Below, one piece after another: positions 26,778-39,314 of a stretch of 64,000 bases of DNA. The notes beneath the pieces were generated by a model. The model ran no database searches, had not been told where the DNA came from, and worked only from the letters and a program-made list of their open reading frames with translations. How positions within the stretch are numbered: the stretch's first letter is position 1; every line of letters begins with the position of its first letter. The position numbers were made by a program, and so were the translations under genes. Source of the stretch: Dictyostelium discoideum (taxonomy: Eukaryota); NCBI GenBank assembly GCA_000004695.1, contig CM000154.2:1504001-1568000 (forward strand). Direction: 5' to 3'.

Positions 26778-28414
26778 ATGGATAGCGATATTGAAAATAT
26801 CAATAGTAATAATAATAATAAAAAAATAGAAAATCATGCAATAATAATAAATAATAATGATGAAAAGAATCAAATAAATAACAATAATAATAATAATAAT
26901 AATCAAACACCAATAAAGGAAAGATCATTTCTATATATTCATAAAATTAATAATGATGTTAGTTATATGAACTTGCTAACAAGTTATATTGGATCATTTT
27001 TAAGTATTTGCTTTTTTGTATTCATAAATGTTGCACAACCTGATATTTTATCATCACTTGGTATTAGTGATGATCAACAAGGTAAATATCATAATTTATT
27101 TAATTTTTTTTTTTTTTTTTTATAAAAAAAGTATATTAATAAATAAATAAATAAATATATATAGGTAGAATTAGTGGTAATTTATCATTTTGTAATGAAA
27201 TAGTTATAGTGGTAGCATCATATACATGGGGTATATTAAGTGATAAAATTGGTAGAAGAGGAGTTTATAGTGCAGGTATGTTTATAATTGGAATTGGTTT
27301 AGCAATTTATCCATTTGCAAATTCAATAGTATGTTTATATATATTTAGAATGATATTTGCAGTTGGTGCTGCATCATGTTCATCAATGTTAAGTGCAGTA
27401 TTGGCTGATTATATACCATTTAGAGATAGAGGTAAAGCAAGTGGATTATTAGGATTTGCAGCTGGAGGTGGAGCAGTATTGGCATCATTGGTTTTAATGA
27501 AGATACCGAATCTAATTAAACAGAATAGCGATCTACCCTCAAGACAATCAACAGAGGTCGTTTATGGGATGACTGCCGCTTTGGCAATCATTGGTTCGGT
27601 ATTGCTGTTCTTTTGCCTACAACGTAAATCAAAGGATATCAAATTGATGTGTAATGAAAAGAAGAATGCATTAAAGATCGCATGGGATGGATTAAAAGCT
27701 GGAAAGAAACCATTGCTTTCATTAGCGTATGGTTCAGGGTTTCTAGCGAGGGGCGACAGTGCTATCGCCACTACGTTCCTCTCATTGTGGATCTACCAAT
27801 ACACTCTATCGATCAATGGTGGTGACAAAACTGCTGCCCTCTCAAAATCAGGCACCATCAGTGGTATCGCTCAAACTTGTGCACTCTTTTTCGCATTGGT
27901 GGCCGGCTTCCTTTGTGATAGAATGAATAGAATCTTTGCAATGGTATTGTTGGCAATGATTGGGTGTGTGGGTTATTTCATGTTGGCATTCAGTGAGAAT
28001 CCATTAACAACTCAGTTCTTTGTTGGTGCTTGTATCATTGGTTGTGCAGAAACTGGAATGGTGGTTTCTTCAACTGCTTTGGTTGCACAGGAATCTCCAA
28101 CTGAACTCAGAGGTTCTGTAAGCGGTTTCTTCTCACAATGTGGTTCAATTGGTATTTTGGTGGCTTCATTATTGGGTGGTATTTTATATGACAAATGGAA
28201 TGGTTATCCATTTGCATTATTTGGTGTATTCAGTGCACTTCTCTCAATTTGGGGTTTAGTAGTTTTCTTTATCACACAATTCAAACAATCACTTGTACCA
28301 AATAGTCCAATCAAAAATTTCTTTAAAAATTTTATTCAAAATAATGATAGGGAATTTAATAATCAAAAACAAATTGATTCTTTAAAAGATCCATTAATTT
28401 CAAATTTATTATAA
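26778..28414 (+). CDS. Major facilitator superfamily transporter, 2 exons (26778-27081, 27165-28414).
   Basis: MFS motif A GILSDKIGRRGVY. About 12 hydrophobic helices. GTAAAT donor at 27082 and TATAG acceptor at 27164 in phase. N-terminal poly-N leader. Confidence 0.75.
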
Positions 28415-28523
28415 AAAAAAAAAAAAAAAAAGAAAATAAAAAAAAAAAAAAGGAAAAATAAATCAAAAACAATTTTTTTTTTTTTTTTTGTTTGTTTAAT
28501 ATTATATTACTAAAAATAAAAAA

Positions 28524-30820
28524 ATGAAAATATTTATTAAATTATTTAGTTTAATTAATTTATTTTTTATTAATTTTATTTATTCAAAAGAAGTTTGTAG
28601 TTTAATTGAACCAATTATTGCATTTGGACAAACAGGATGTGAAAATCCAAAAATAGAAATTGGAAATTATAGAGACTATGATGATATCATTTTCGAACCA
28701 AACCCAATTTCCAAATCATTTGAATTACCAAATAATTTTATTGTGGCTTTAGATTTTGGAATAAACTATCGAATTACATTTATAAATGTATTGATAATAT
28801 TTTTAGAAGCTTTCAAACTCATGATGGACCAAGATTTAAAAGTACCAAAGGAGCATGTTCTGAAATTGTCACTACTTATTTTGGTGAAAGTAGAGGTCAA
28901 TATATTGGTCAAAGTGATATAGAATATCCAAAATGTTCTATCCTACCGGTATGGGTAATTTAACAATTTACAATAAAGATACCAAAGAAGTTATTGGGCA
29001 GAGAGTTGAAGATTTAGACTATAATCCAACTAGTGGAAATTTTTCATTTTATTTTGGTAGTCTAATGAGATATTGTTATTTAAAACCAAATGTATTCACC
29101 TTTCATATTGAATTACCAGAACCAGTTGTTACCCTTAGAATAACTTGTAAATTCCAAGATATAGGAGGGATGAGTAGTGGTAAAACTCAAATTGACTCAA
29201 GTGAGCATATTTATAAAATTTTTATTAATGGTGATGAATTATTATATAGTCCTGATCTTATTCTCAGTCTACCATACGGGTACTCAAACTTAACTTTTAT
29301 TTTCGAAGGGATTTGTCAACCACAAACATATATTCATTTCGTTGACTCAAATGATGACTTTGCGTTATCATTTGAAATTGTTAATGTTACTGATTGCTCT
29401 CAATCAAATGGGACCAACTTGAACATTTAGATGTTGAATTTTTAAAAAGTAATAATGATCTACAAAATTATTACCCCAATTCTGAACATTGGTATTTAAA
29501 ATTACCAAGTGGATTTTATAAAATAACAATTGAAAAACTTAATGAAGATGGCTTAAGTTGTTTGGGAAGTTCTATTATTTTAATACCAACAAATTTAGAG
29601 GTACCAAATGTATCTTACACAATAATTAATAAACCAATTTGTAATGAAGACTATAATGGTTCAATATCATTTGAATATGTCACTTTTAGGGATCAAACTA
29701 CAATGGCAATTGGCAATGTTTTTTATTACGGTTATAAAACTATGTTTGAAAATGGTATGGTTATTGGTTTTAATCCTGGTCATTATGTTTTTAGTATTGC
29801 ATCTGGAAGTTGTTCTTGGGCAGTACCAGTTACCATACCAGTGGAACCAATTTCATATACTTATGAAACCCTATGGTATTATAGAAGTGATTTTTGCTCG
29901 ATTGAATTTGGCTATCAATTTAATTTCGATAATTATATGGAAGCTAATGTCAGGGTCCCTTTTTTTAAAGAAGGAAGTTATTGTAAAGGATTATTATCTG
30001 GAAGTACTAGAGAGAGTTTAAATGTTTCATTTATTATTAAAAATGTATGCCAGTTTACATTTCCAGTTTATATTGATGAATCAATTTTTCAACTAGATTT
30101 AAGTTATACAATAGCGAGAACTCCTGTTTGCGATACAGGTGGTGAAACATTTGATATTCAATTTTCAAGATGAAATTTGTTTGGGTAGTAAAAATGGTGA
30201 ACTTTTATTAAATGATGATGAATATAATTACCAGCCATTTGTTTATTCTGATTCTTACTTTAAAGTATTATTACCATTATTAAATTCAGAAGAAAGAAAA
30301 AGAATTACAACAGATTATTGTAGGAGATGGTTCACTAAACTATCTGTTGATATTGGTATTTCAATTTTCTCACTCAATATTTCGTCAAATCCCTATCAAT
30401 CAGTTATTATTCCATCAATTTTAAACTCAACTTATTCAAGTGATTTATTATTTAACTATAATATTACTACACCTTCAAATTTATCTATGCAATTCATTAA
30501 ATCTGGTGTATTAACAATTGATTCATTAAAAGAGAGTGGTCAATATAATTTAACAGTTTCGGATAGCCATTGCATCCAAACTCATAAATTTAGTATTAAC
30601 CAATGTCAATTAGATAATGGTGATGATGGTTCAACAAACATGGGTTTAGCTATTGGTTTACCAATCGGTTTGGTAGCTGCTGGCGCTACTGCTACTGGTG
30701 TTTTCTTTTATAAAACGTGTTGGATCAATAAAAACCAAAGAACTACTTCCCGAGGAACATGAAATGGAAACTGTTACTACCTTCCAAGGCGGTCGTTTGG
30801 TTGAACTTGATAAATTTTAA
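28524..30820 (+). pseudogene. Frameshifted paralog of the 31366-35274 surface glycoprotein gene, broken into at least 5 frames.
   Basis: ORFs 28524-28922, 28933-29430, 29394-30173, 30139-30762 and a final frame to 30820 are each homologous, in order, to segments of the 1302-aa protein. These include the same signal peptide, the VSYTIINKPICNEDYNGSISFEY...GSCSWAVPVT module, DSHCIQTHKF, TM NMGLAIGLPIGLV and tail HEMETVTTFQGGRLVELDKF. Confidence 0.65.
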
Positions 30821-31365
30821 TGCGTTTGAACCAAAATAAATTAAAAAAAATAAAAATAAATTAAAAAATGATAAAAAAAAAATATAGTTTGTGTGTGGTT
30901 TGTGAAATTTTTTTTTTCAAAAATTCCAAAATACCAAAAAAGGCTTAGAGTTTAGGAGAAAGAAAAAAGATAAAAAATTAAAAAATCAAAAAATCAAAAA
31001 GGTTTAGAATTAAGTTTAACAAAAAAAAATTATTATAAATACTGATATTTTGAAATTGTTTGAAAAAAAAAAAATATAATTTGATTATAAAAAAATAAAA
31101 TAAAAAAAAAATAAAATAAAAAAATAAATAAAAAAAAAAAAAAAAATCCCAAGCAATTGGGAAAATTTTCAGTTGCTAAAAAATCTATTTATAAATTTTT
31201 TTTTTTATTTTTTTGTTGATTTTCTTTTCTTTTTTTATTTTTTATTTTTTTATTTTTTATTTTTTTTTTTTAAATTTTTTTAATAGAACTTACATTAATC
31301 AACCTTTTTTTTATATATTCTAAATATAAATTTTTATTTTTATTTTTTTTAGGTAAAAAAAAAAA

Positions 31366-34300
31366 ATGAAAATTAAAATTTTTTCATTAATATTATTAGT
31401 TTCAATTTTAATTAATATTAGTAAATCAGAAATTTGTGATATTATAACACCAATATATTATTTTGATGATACAAATTGCGATCCAGATTATTATTCAGTA
31501 GTTAATCCAACAGTGTACATTCAAAATATTAAAGATTATGATTATGTTCTTGTTAGTCCTGAACCAATTTCAAGATCTTACAATGCACCAGACAACTATA
31601 TTGTTGTATTAGATTTTGGTAAAAGTTATAATTTTCAATTTGTTAAAGATGAATGTGTAGAAGATGAACCAATAATAACAAGTAATGGACCAAGATTTAT
31701 AATTACAGACCCACCATGTATTGGATCCTTAAGTACAATAGATTTCATTCCAGATCCAAAAAAGAACGGCATAAACTATACCTTCGCAATGGACAGTGAC
31801 CCAATAACGCTTCCAATTCAACTCGATTCTCCAAATCAATATATAATTGAAGTGTTTTTCGATGGTGTTTCAAAATGTAAAGAACCAATAACATTGAAAG
31901 GTTCAAATAATCCTGGAGTACAACCTAAAATTAAAACAACAAATCCAGTTTGTGGTCAATTAAATGGTGTTATTGAAATTGAAAATTATAATAATTTTAC
32001 AAGTATTGTTATTGGGTCATCAGCTCCAATTCAACCAACTAATGCAGGTTTTTACAGTGAATTGAGTGGTGGTGAATATACAATTACAACCATCGATAAT
32101 GAATGTGGAGAAAGAAGTATTTCAGTGGAACTGAATCAAGTAGCACCATCATATCATGTAGAATTTGTTGATTTCTCTTGTCCAACTTCACCAAAGATGC
32201 AATTAGTAATCAATACCACTCAAAGCTATCAAATTTTTAAAGGAGATGAACCTATATCGAACCCATTTACAGCAGATTATTACGATTCATTTTCAGTAGA
32301 ATTGGAATGTGGAGTTAGTTTTGACCTTATTATAAATTTTCCAGATTCATTTCCCCTACTTCAATACACCTATGAAGAAAGTGATTATTGTCAACCATAT
32401 ACCATTAATATAATTGGATACAACTCAACACTTTTTCCATCACTTTCAGTTAGTCAAGAAGATTCAACTATCGGATTAGATGCCAATAATTCATTTGAAG
32501 CAACAACTGGTAAAATTTATATCTTGCAAGATAATTGTTATAGTTCAGTATTGAAATTTGGTAGAACCTATCCAAAACCAATATATAAATATCTTAATAA
32601 CTCTGATTTTTGTGTTGATACTGTTGATATTCAAATTTATAACGCTCAAGATTTCTATTACATTTCATTGGCTCCATTCCAAGGTGAAGGATCAATAAGT
32701 TCAAAAAGATATTCAATAAAAGATGGTATTTTTAGAAATGTTACAAATCAAAGACTATACTTGGAGTACAGTTATAGAGGTTGCTCAGATATCTATGGTT
32801 TTGAAATTGGTAATAGTAATAGAATGGATAATGATAATTTAGATGTTGAATACAACATTACAAGATATCCAACATGTTATTATCTCTTTGGTGAAGCAGA
32901 TGTTAAATTCTATAAAAAGAATACCACTGAATTGGTAGCTTCATTTACTCAAAGTTTTTTCTATTATGGTGAAGGTGCTACTTTTGGTTTCTACAGAGAT
33001 TTCGAATATAATTGTGATGGTTCAGTAAATGGTCTCAATCTTGGTGATTTTAAATTGGAACAAGCTCATGTTAATGTTACAACAGAAACTCAACCAATAT
33101 GTAAATATTCTCAAAATGAAACTACTATACGTATCGATTCAAATACTGAAATTGCAACTTTTAAAATCAATGGTGCCAATGTTTACCCATACAATACCAA
33201 TGGCAATACTTATTATTTTGAATGTAACTCTGGTAATATCACCATTGAACTAACATTCTCAAGACAAACAGAATGCAAACAAATGACAATTTATCATTTG
33301 GTTGAACCAAAACAAGATTTCCACCTTTCATATCAAACAAACAGCGTTACAGATTGTACAATAATGGATGGTTCTATGTTTATTGATGGTTGGGATAATT
33401 TCACCTCTTTACTCATTGATGGATCTCCATATGTCCCAGGTCCAGATTTTTGGCTTGTTGATTTACAGAGTAAAGCTTATTTAATTAATTTTGTAAAAAC
33501 CTTTAGTGATGGATCAACATGTACTGGCTTTGAATATATTTTCGTACCAAGTTTACCTGCTGATATATCCTATACAATCATTAATCAACCACTATGTAGT
33601 AATGATCAAACTGGTACAGTTTCATTTGAATATGCTTCCAACTTCCCAAATCAACCAAATAGAATGCCAATTCAATATGTTTCTCGAGGTGGAATTCAAA
33701 TCAAAGGTACAATTGCAGAAAATTATTACCCTGGAACTTATTTATTCAATGTTTCATATGGTACTTGCTCTTGGGGTGTACCGGTTACATTTAATGAAAT
33801 ACCAATCGATATAACCTATAAACAAGTTTGGAATTATCTTGATGAATCTTGTCAAATTCAAGTTGGTTATCAATTCAGTGCAAATAATTCAATAGCATCA
33901 GGAAATATAGCCCCATATTCCGATGGTTTTACTTCTGTTGGTGGATTATTGTTTGGACAAGTAACAAATTCTTATTTTAATGTCGAAGTTTATTATGCCC
34001 CCTATCAAGCTTGTAAAAAGACATTTGAAATTTCATCTTATGATTCTTATGACCTTTTATATCCACAAGTTTATTATAGCATCGTTAGGAAACCAGATTG
34101 TATGTCATCTGATCATACATATGATATTAAAATTACAAATCCATCAAAATGGGCAAGTGTATCAGTTGGTGGTATGTCAATGGATTCAAATGGTATTATT
34201 AAAAATGTTGTACCCTATATGAAAATGGAAGGAACAACTCTTGGTACCAATTGTAAATATTCTAGTTTATATCGTGATGAAGAGTACAATGAAATTGCGA

Positions 34301-35274
34301 TTGAAAGTATTATTACCGATGAGACTTGTCATGGTAGTAAAAATGGTCAAATTCAATTCCCAGATGATCAATATGATTATTATGCATTCAGTATGGTTGA
34401 TGATGAAAGAGTTTTGCTACCATTGGCAAACCCACAAGATAAATATACATTTAAACAAATAACAAGTGAAAGCGTTGACATTGGTAGAGTGGGTAAAAAT
34501 ATATTAAAATCAACTTGTATGCCATTTGCCAATGCAACAATTCAAGGTAGTGAACCAACATTAATTGAAAATATTAATGATCAATGTACAGCAGATGGTT
34601 TAGGTTCAATCAATTATGAAACTTCAATTCTAGGTTTAAATCTCTTAGGTTACATTTATTTAAATGATTCTAGTGAACAACAATTTAATGGTACATTAAA
34701 TGGTATAATACCAGGTTCATATAGAGTTGCAAATTTAAGAGTTACAAATGATTATTGCAAAAGAAGTTTCAATTTATTAGAAGTAAACGTGGGTTCCTCA
34801 ATATTCTCTATTAATATTAATTCATCAATTTGTGAATCAGTTATTATTACACCATTATCTATTTCTTCAAGTTATCCAAATGCTACCTATCAATATAATA
34901 TTACATCACCCACAAATAATTTGCAGCAATACATTCAACCCGATTTATTAAAATTAGATTCATTTGAAGAATTTGGTTTATATACAGTTGCAGTTTCAGA
35001 TAGTCATTGTATTCAAACTCAAGTTTTCAATATTACCAAATGCCTAAAACTAATTGATGGTAGTAGTGATGATGATGGTGGTGTTAACCTAGGTTTAGCA
35101 ATTGGTTTACCAATTGGTTTAGTAGGTTTAGGTGCAATTATTGCTGCTAGTATTTTCCTTTATAGGAAACGTCAAAGTCCAATTAAAGCAAACCAATTAC
35201 CAGCACTTTCACATGAAATGGAAACAGTTTCAACTTTCCAAGGTGGTCGTGTTGTTGAAATAGATAAATTTTAA
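31366..35274 (+). CDS. Large (1302 aa) type I transmembrane, Cys-rich, heavily N-glycosylatable cell-surface protein with repeated C-x-G-x(2-3)-NG-x-I modules. Family unassigned (Tgr/IPT-like or SprB/HYR-like repeat adhesin are candidates).
   Basis: Single ORF. Signal peptide MKIKIFSLILLVSILINISKS. Recurrent motifs (CGQLNGVIEIENY, CSNDQTGTVSFEY, CHGSKNGQIQF, CTADGLGSINYE). TM LGLAIGLPIGLVGLGAIIAASIFLY, then a 40-aa cytoplasmic tail RKRQSPIKANQLPALSHEMETVSTFQGGRVVEIDKF. Confidence 0.7.
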   Translation: MKIKIFSLILLVSILINISKSEICDIITPIYYFDDTNCDPDYYSVVNPTVYIQNIKDYDYVLVSPEPISRSYNAPDNYIVVLDFGKSYNFQFVKDECVEDEPIITSNGPRFIITDPPCIGSLSTIDFIPDPKKNGINYTFAMDSDPITLPIQLDSPNQYIIEVFFDGVSKCKEPITLKGSNNPGVQPKIKTTNPVCGQLNGVIEIENYNNFTSIVIGSSAPIQPTNAGFYSELSGGEYTITTIDNECGERSISVELNQVAPSYHVEFVDFSCPTSPKMQLVINTTQSYQIFKGDEPISNPFTADYYDSFSVELECGVSFDLIINFPDSFPLLQYTYEESDYCQPYTINIIGYNSTLFPSLSVSQEDSTIGLDANNSFEATTGKIYILQDNCYSSVLKFGRTYPKPIYKYLNNSDFCVDTVDIQIYNAQDFYYISLAPFQGEGSISSKRYSIKDGIFRNVTNQRLYLEYSYRGCSDIYGFEIGNSNRMDNDNLDVEYNITRYPTCYYLFGEADVKFYKKNTTELVASFTQSFFYYGEGATFGFYRDFEYNCDGSVNGLNLGDFKLEQAHVNVTTETQPICKYSQNETTIRIDSNTEIATFKINGANVYPYNTNGNTYYFECNSGNITIELTFSRQTECKQMTIYHLVEPKQDFHLSYQTNSVTDCTIMDGSMFIDGWDNFTSLLIDGSPYVPGPDFWLVDLQSKAYLINFVKTFSDGSTCTGFEYIFVPSLPADISYTIINQPLCSNDQTGTVSFEYASNFPNQPNRMPIQYVSRGGIQIKGTIAENYYPGTYLFNVSYGTCSWGVPVTFNEIPIDITYKQVWNYLDESCQIQVGYQFSANNSIASGNIAPYSDGFTSVGGLLFGQVTNSYFNVEVYYAPYQACKKTFEISSYDSYDLLYPQVYYSIVRKPDCMSSDHTYDIKITNPSKWASVSVGGMSMDSNGIIKNVVPYMKMEGTTLGTNCKYSSLYRDEEYNEIAIESIITDETCHGSKNGQIQFPDDQYDYYAFSMVDDERVLLPLANPQDKYTFKQITSESVDIGRVGKNILKSTCMPFANATIQGSEPTLIENINDQCTADGLGSINYETSILGLNLLGYIYLNDSSEQQFNGTLNGIIPGSYRVANLRVTNDYCKRSFNLLEVNVGSSIFSININSSICESVIITPLSISSSYPNATYQYNITSPTNNLQQYIQPDLLKLDSFEEFGLYTVAVSDSHCIQTQVFNITKCLKLIDGSSDDDGGVNLGLAIGLPIGLVGLGAIIAASIFLYRKRQSPIKANQLPALSHEMETVSTFQGGRVVEIDKF

Positions 35275-35442
35275 AAGATTTAAAGATTTTTGTAATAAAA
35301 TAATAAATAAATAAATTAAATAAATAATATAAATTAAAATAATTAAATCTTTTTCTTTTTTTCTTTTTCTTTTTTTATTGTGTACATTAAATATTATTTC
35401 GTAGAGTTATTTTTATTATAATATTATTTATTTCCAGTTTAT

Positions 35443-35552
35443 TTAAGGACAATGCTTTGGATCATTATAAATTTTACAACCAGAATCTAAATTTAATTTT
35501 ATAATAAAAAAAATTTTGTTAGTAATGGTGTTTTTGTTATTTTTTTTTATTG

Positions 35553-35584
<32 letters not shown>

Positions 35585-36566
35585 TTATACATACCAGTTG
35601 CAATTAAAACAACTATTAATATAATTAAAATTACAATGCAAACAATCATACAAGTACTACCAGCATTTTGTTTTATTGTTTCCATTCTACGATTTGCATT
35701 TCTTAATCTCATTGAAACGGCATCAGTTCCAATTTCAACATCATCCAACATTTCATTATGTTGATCCAATTCATTACTCATTGCATGGGCCATATTCTTT
35801 TGTCTCATAATAGATTGTGATAATAAATCTAATGATTCATCTTGTTCTCTCATAATATGTTGTTGATTTGTAAATAATTGTTGATTATCAAATTGTTTAG
35901 TTGCCTCTGTTTCTTTTGGTTTACCAAATTGTCTATTACTATATCCAATACCTACACCATTATTATTACCCATTAATTCATTCCTTTTTTTTTTTTATTT
36001 TATTATTATTTTATTATTAATAATAGAATATTAATATATAAAATATTAAAATATTATATAAATAATAATAATTAATAATAATAATAATAATACAAACTTT
36101 TGTGATGTATTATTTATTGCAGCATCTAATGTTGAATTTAATTGATTTTTCATTGATATTAAACTTTCGACTTTATTCTTTCTTCTTAGTAATTCTTTTT
36201 CCTGTCTATTTGATTTTTGATTTATAAATAAATAAATTAATATTAAAAAAAAAAAAAAAAAAAAAAAGATAAAAGTGATCTAATCTTGAGAATGATGTAG
36301 GTAATAGATATCTATTATGAAATGAATATGAATGAATGAATGAAAATAACCTACATATTTCTATTATTACCATATGTTAAACTATCTTGTAATCTTAAAA
36401 TTTCATTTGTAATATGAACTAAACCATTTCTAAGTTTAGCTGGTGTATTCTTTTGAACGATACCAGGATTATTTCTTTGTTGAATTGAATATTCTTTTAT
36501 ATCTGCTGTTAATGAATTTATAAGTTTTACAATATTATCATGTTCATTTAACCAATAGTCACCCAT
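35443..36566 (-). CDS. Syntaxin-8-like Qc-SNARE, 4 exons (36566-36355, 36205-36098, 35983-35595, 35486-35443).
   Basis: N-terminal helix DYWLNEHDNIVKLINSLTADIKEYSIQQRN. SNARE motif QDESLDLLSQSIMRQKNMAHAMSNELDQHNEMLDDVEIGTDAVSMRLRNANRRM, very close to human STX8. C-terminal TM CMIVCIVILIILIVVLIAT. Introns 36354-36206 (GTAGGT), 36097-35984 (GTTTGT, weak) and 35594-35487 (GTATGT) all keep phase. Confidence 0.7.
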
Positions 36567-36990
36567 TTTCTTTATTTATTTATTAATTTATTTTATTTTA
36601 TTTTATTTATTATTTATCTCTATATAAATAAAAATTATTTTGTTGAATTGGATATATTATATATTATGATTTTTATATGTATTAAAAAATTTTATAAGTG
36701 TGAGTTTTTTTTTTTTTTTTTTTTTTTTATAAAGTAAAAAGAAAAAATTGTAAGAGATATTTTTTTTGTCTGGGTGTGATCGTTGATATAAATAAATAAT
36801 AAAAAAAAAAGAGTGAGATAAGAATAAAAAAAAAAATTAAAATTTTTTAAAATAATTATTTTTTTTTTTTTTTTTTTTTTTATTTTTTTCTCCCAAAAAT
36901 TCATTTTTTTATTTTTTTTTTTATTTTTATTTTATTATTTTTCATTCCTAAAAAAAAAACATTTAATTAATAAAAAAACAAAAAAAAAAA

Positions 36991-37369
36991 ATGGAAAATT
37001 TAAAATTATTAAAAACCTATAAAATAGATAGAAAGAAAATAAATGATAGGTCATTTGGTATTGATAATAAAAAGGTAATTGAAGAATTAATTGAAGTTAC
37101 ATCAACGGAAAATGGATTTATACCAGAAGTAATGCAATTCTTAAGTAAACAAAATAAAATACCAATTAAATATTTAGAGAATAGAATGGTTTGTGAAACT
37201 GCTCATGCAATGAATGCTCAAGAAAAATATGATGATGCAACAAGATATTTTTTAAAAGCAGCTTCTCAAGGTTCTGCTGAAGGTAAATATTTTTTTTTTT
37301 TTTTTTTTTTTTTTATACTTTCATAACCCCTCCCCCACCTCAAAAATTCTAAAAATAATTATTAATTTT

Positions 37370-37404
<35 letters not shown>

Positions 37405-37919
37405 TAGGTTGTTTCTTTTTAGCATCAATGAAATATTTAGGACAAGGTTGTGATGTTAATTTACCAATGGCACGTAAATTATTTGAAAGAGGTGCAAATA
37501 TGGAACCATATATTGAATGTGAAGATGAATTTTTATTAGAGAATAAAAATGTATTAGATTGTTGTAAATGCTTAAGTGGATTTGCACAAGAGGGTGTTGG
37601 TGGTGAAATTGAATTAGAGACTGCTTTTAAATATTATTCAAAAGTTTTAAAAACTAAAGAGAATGATTTAGATGCAATTCATAATATTGGTATATTACAA
37701 TGTGATCTCAAAAAAGATTTACAAGAAGGTTTAAAATTATTTAAAAGGGGTATGCAATTAGGTAGTGTAGAATGTACCTTTAGTTATGGTGCTTATACTT
37801 TTGATTCAAATCCAACCGATGCTTTCAAATATATTCAACGTGCTGCAAATGATGGTAACGAAGAAGCAATTTTTAAATTAGATGAATATAAATCTAAATT
37901 AAATTTATTAAAAAAATAA
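36991..37919 (+). CDS. Sel1-like repeat (SLR/TPR-like) protein, 2 exons (36991-37282, 37408-37919).
   Basis: Sel1 consensus ...ATRYFLKAASQGSAEG|GCFFLASMKYLGQGCDVNLPMARKLFERGA... and further A..Y..A...G repeats. GTAAAT donor at 37283, TATAG acceptor at 37407. Confidence 0.65.
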
Positions 37920-38058
37920 AATAAATAAAATAAAATTAAAATAAAATTAAAAAAAATCCAAATTTAGTAAATCCAACGAAAATTTAAATATCTTAAAAAA
38001 TAAAAAATTAAAAAAAAAAATTGAAATTTAATAATAATAACGAAAAAATAAATATCTG

Positions 38059-38091
<33 letters not shown>

Positions 38092-38339
38092 ATGACATTA
38101 AAAAATAAAAAATAATAAAAAAAAATTAAAAAAACGAACATTTCTCGAGAAATTTACTGCCAAACATCGAAAGAATTTTCTTTTTTTATTTCATATTTTC
38201 ATTTTTTTTTTTTTTTTGCATTTCTTTTTTCTTTTTTCATTTTTTTTAAAATATTTTTCTATTTTCTATTTTATTAATTCTAATACAATATTTTATATAT
38301 ATATATAAATAAATTTAAAAGAAAAAAAAAAAAAAAAAA

Positions 38340-39229
38340 ATGGATGTAATTAATTTATTAAAAGAATATCCAGTTTCAGTTAATTCAATAAATTTTGGAA
38401 TTAGAGATGCAGCAGTTGAAAAAGAATTATTTGAGGCAGTATGGATTCAAAGAAAAGAGCCAACCTATAATTATGAAGCAGTATTTGTTTTGAGTGAAAT
38501 GTGGAAAGTTCCAATCAATTATTTAGTTGGTCGTTTAAGATGTGAAGCAGCCCATAAATTATTATTGATAGAGAAGAATATGGAAGAGGCATTGTATTAT
38601 TATAAATTAGCAGCATCAGAGAACCAATCGGTTGAAGCATTATTTTCATTATCAAATTTGAAATTGAATATCATTCAAAATTTACAAGCATATGAAGAAT
38701 CTTTAGTACACCTTAAGCAAGCTGCAAACTATCCACATAAAATTAAATACGATGATCAAGTATCAATAACAAATAAATATATTATCGAATCTCAATTAAT
38801 GTATGCTAATTTATTATTCGAAGGTTTGTCTGGTAAAAAAGATTTAAATGAAGCAAAGAAATATTACGATTTGGCTTGTGAGGGAAGTTTAAAAAAGAGT
38901 GCACCATTCGCAAAGTATGCTATCATCCTTTGTAGAGGTGATGGTGGTGATATCATTCCAAAAGATACCGAAAAAGGTTTGACAATTTTTAGAGAGATCA
39001 TAGAAGATTCTGGTATTGAAAATACTCAACCAGGTATCCTTTATTTATATGGTACTTTTTTATTTGAAATTAATAAAAATGAAGGTATTCAATTCATTAG
39101 AGTCGCTGCTAAATTTGGTTATCCAACTGCAAAAGAAAATATACTCGAATTTGAAAAAAAATTAAATGATAATAATAACAACAATAATAATAATAATACC
39201 GAAAATGATAATAATAATAGTAATAGTAA

Positions 39230-39274
<45 letters not shown>

Positions 39275-39314
39275 GAAAAATAGTAAACAGACCAAAAAGA
39301 ATAATTTATGTTAA
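38340..39314 (+). CDS. Sel1-like repeat protein, tandem paralog of 36991-37919, with an N-rich C-terminal tail.
   Basis: Shares N-terminal architecture with the upstream gene (xxFGIxxxxVxxELxEVxxxxxxxxxEVxxxLSxxxKxPIxYLxxRxxCExAH). Single ORF of 324 aa. Confidence 0.65.

Noticed and set aside
33029-34462. Short ORFs 33029-33253, 33506-33814, 33980-34222, 34241-34462
   Set aside because: Alternative frames nested inside the 1302-aa ORF. AT-rich codon bias makes such ORFs frequent.
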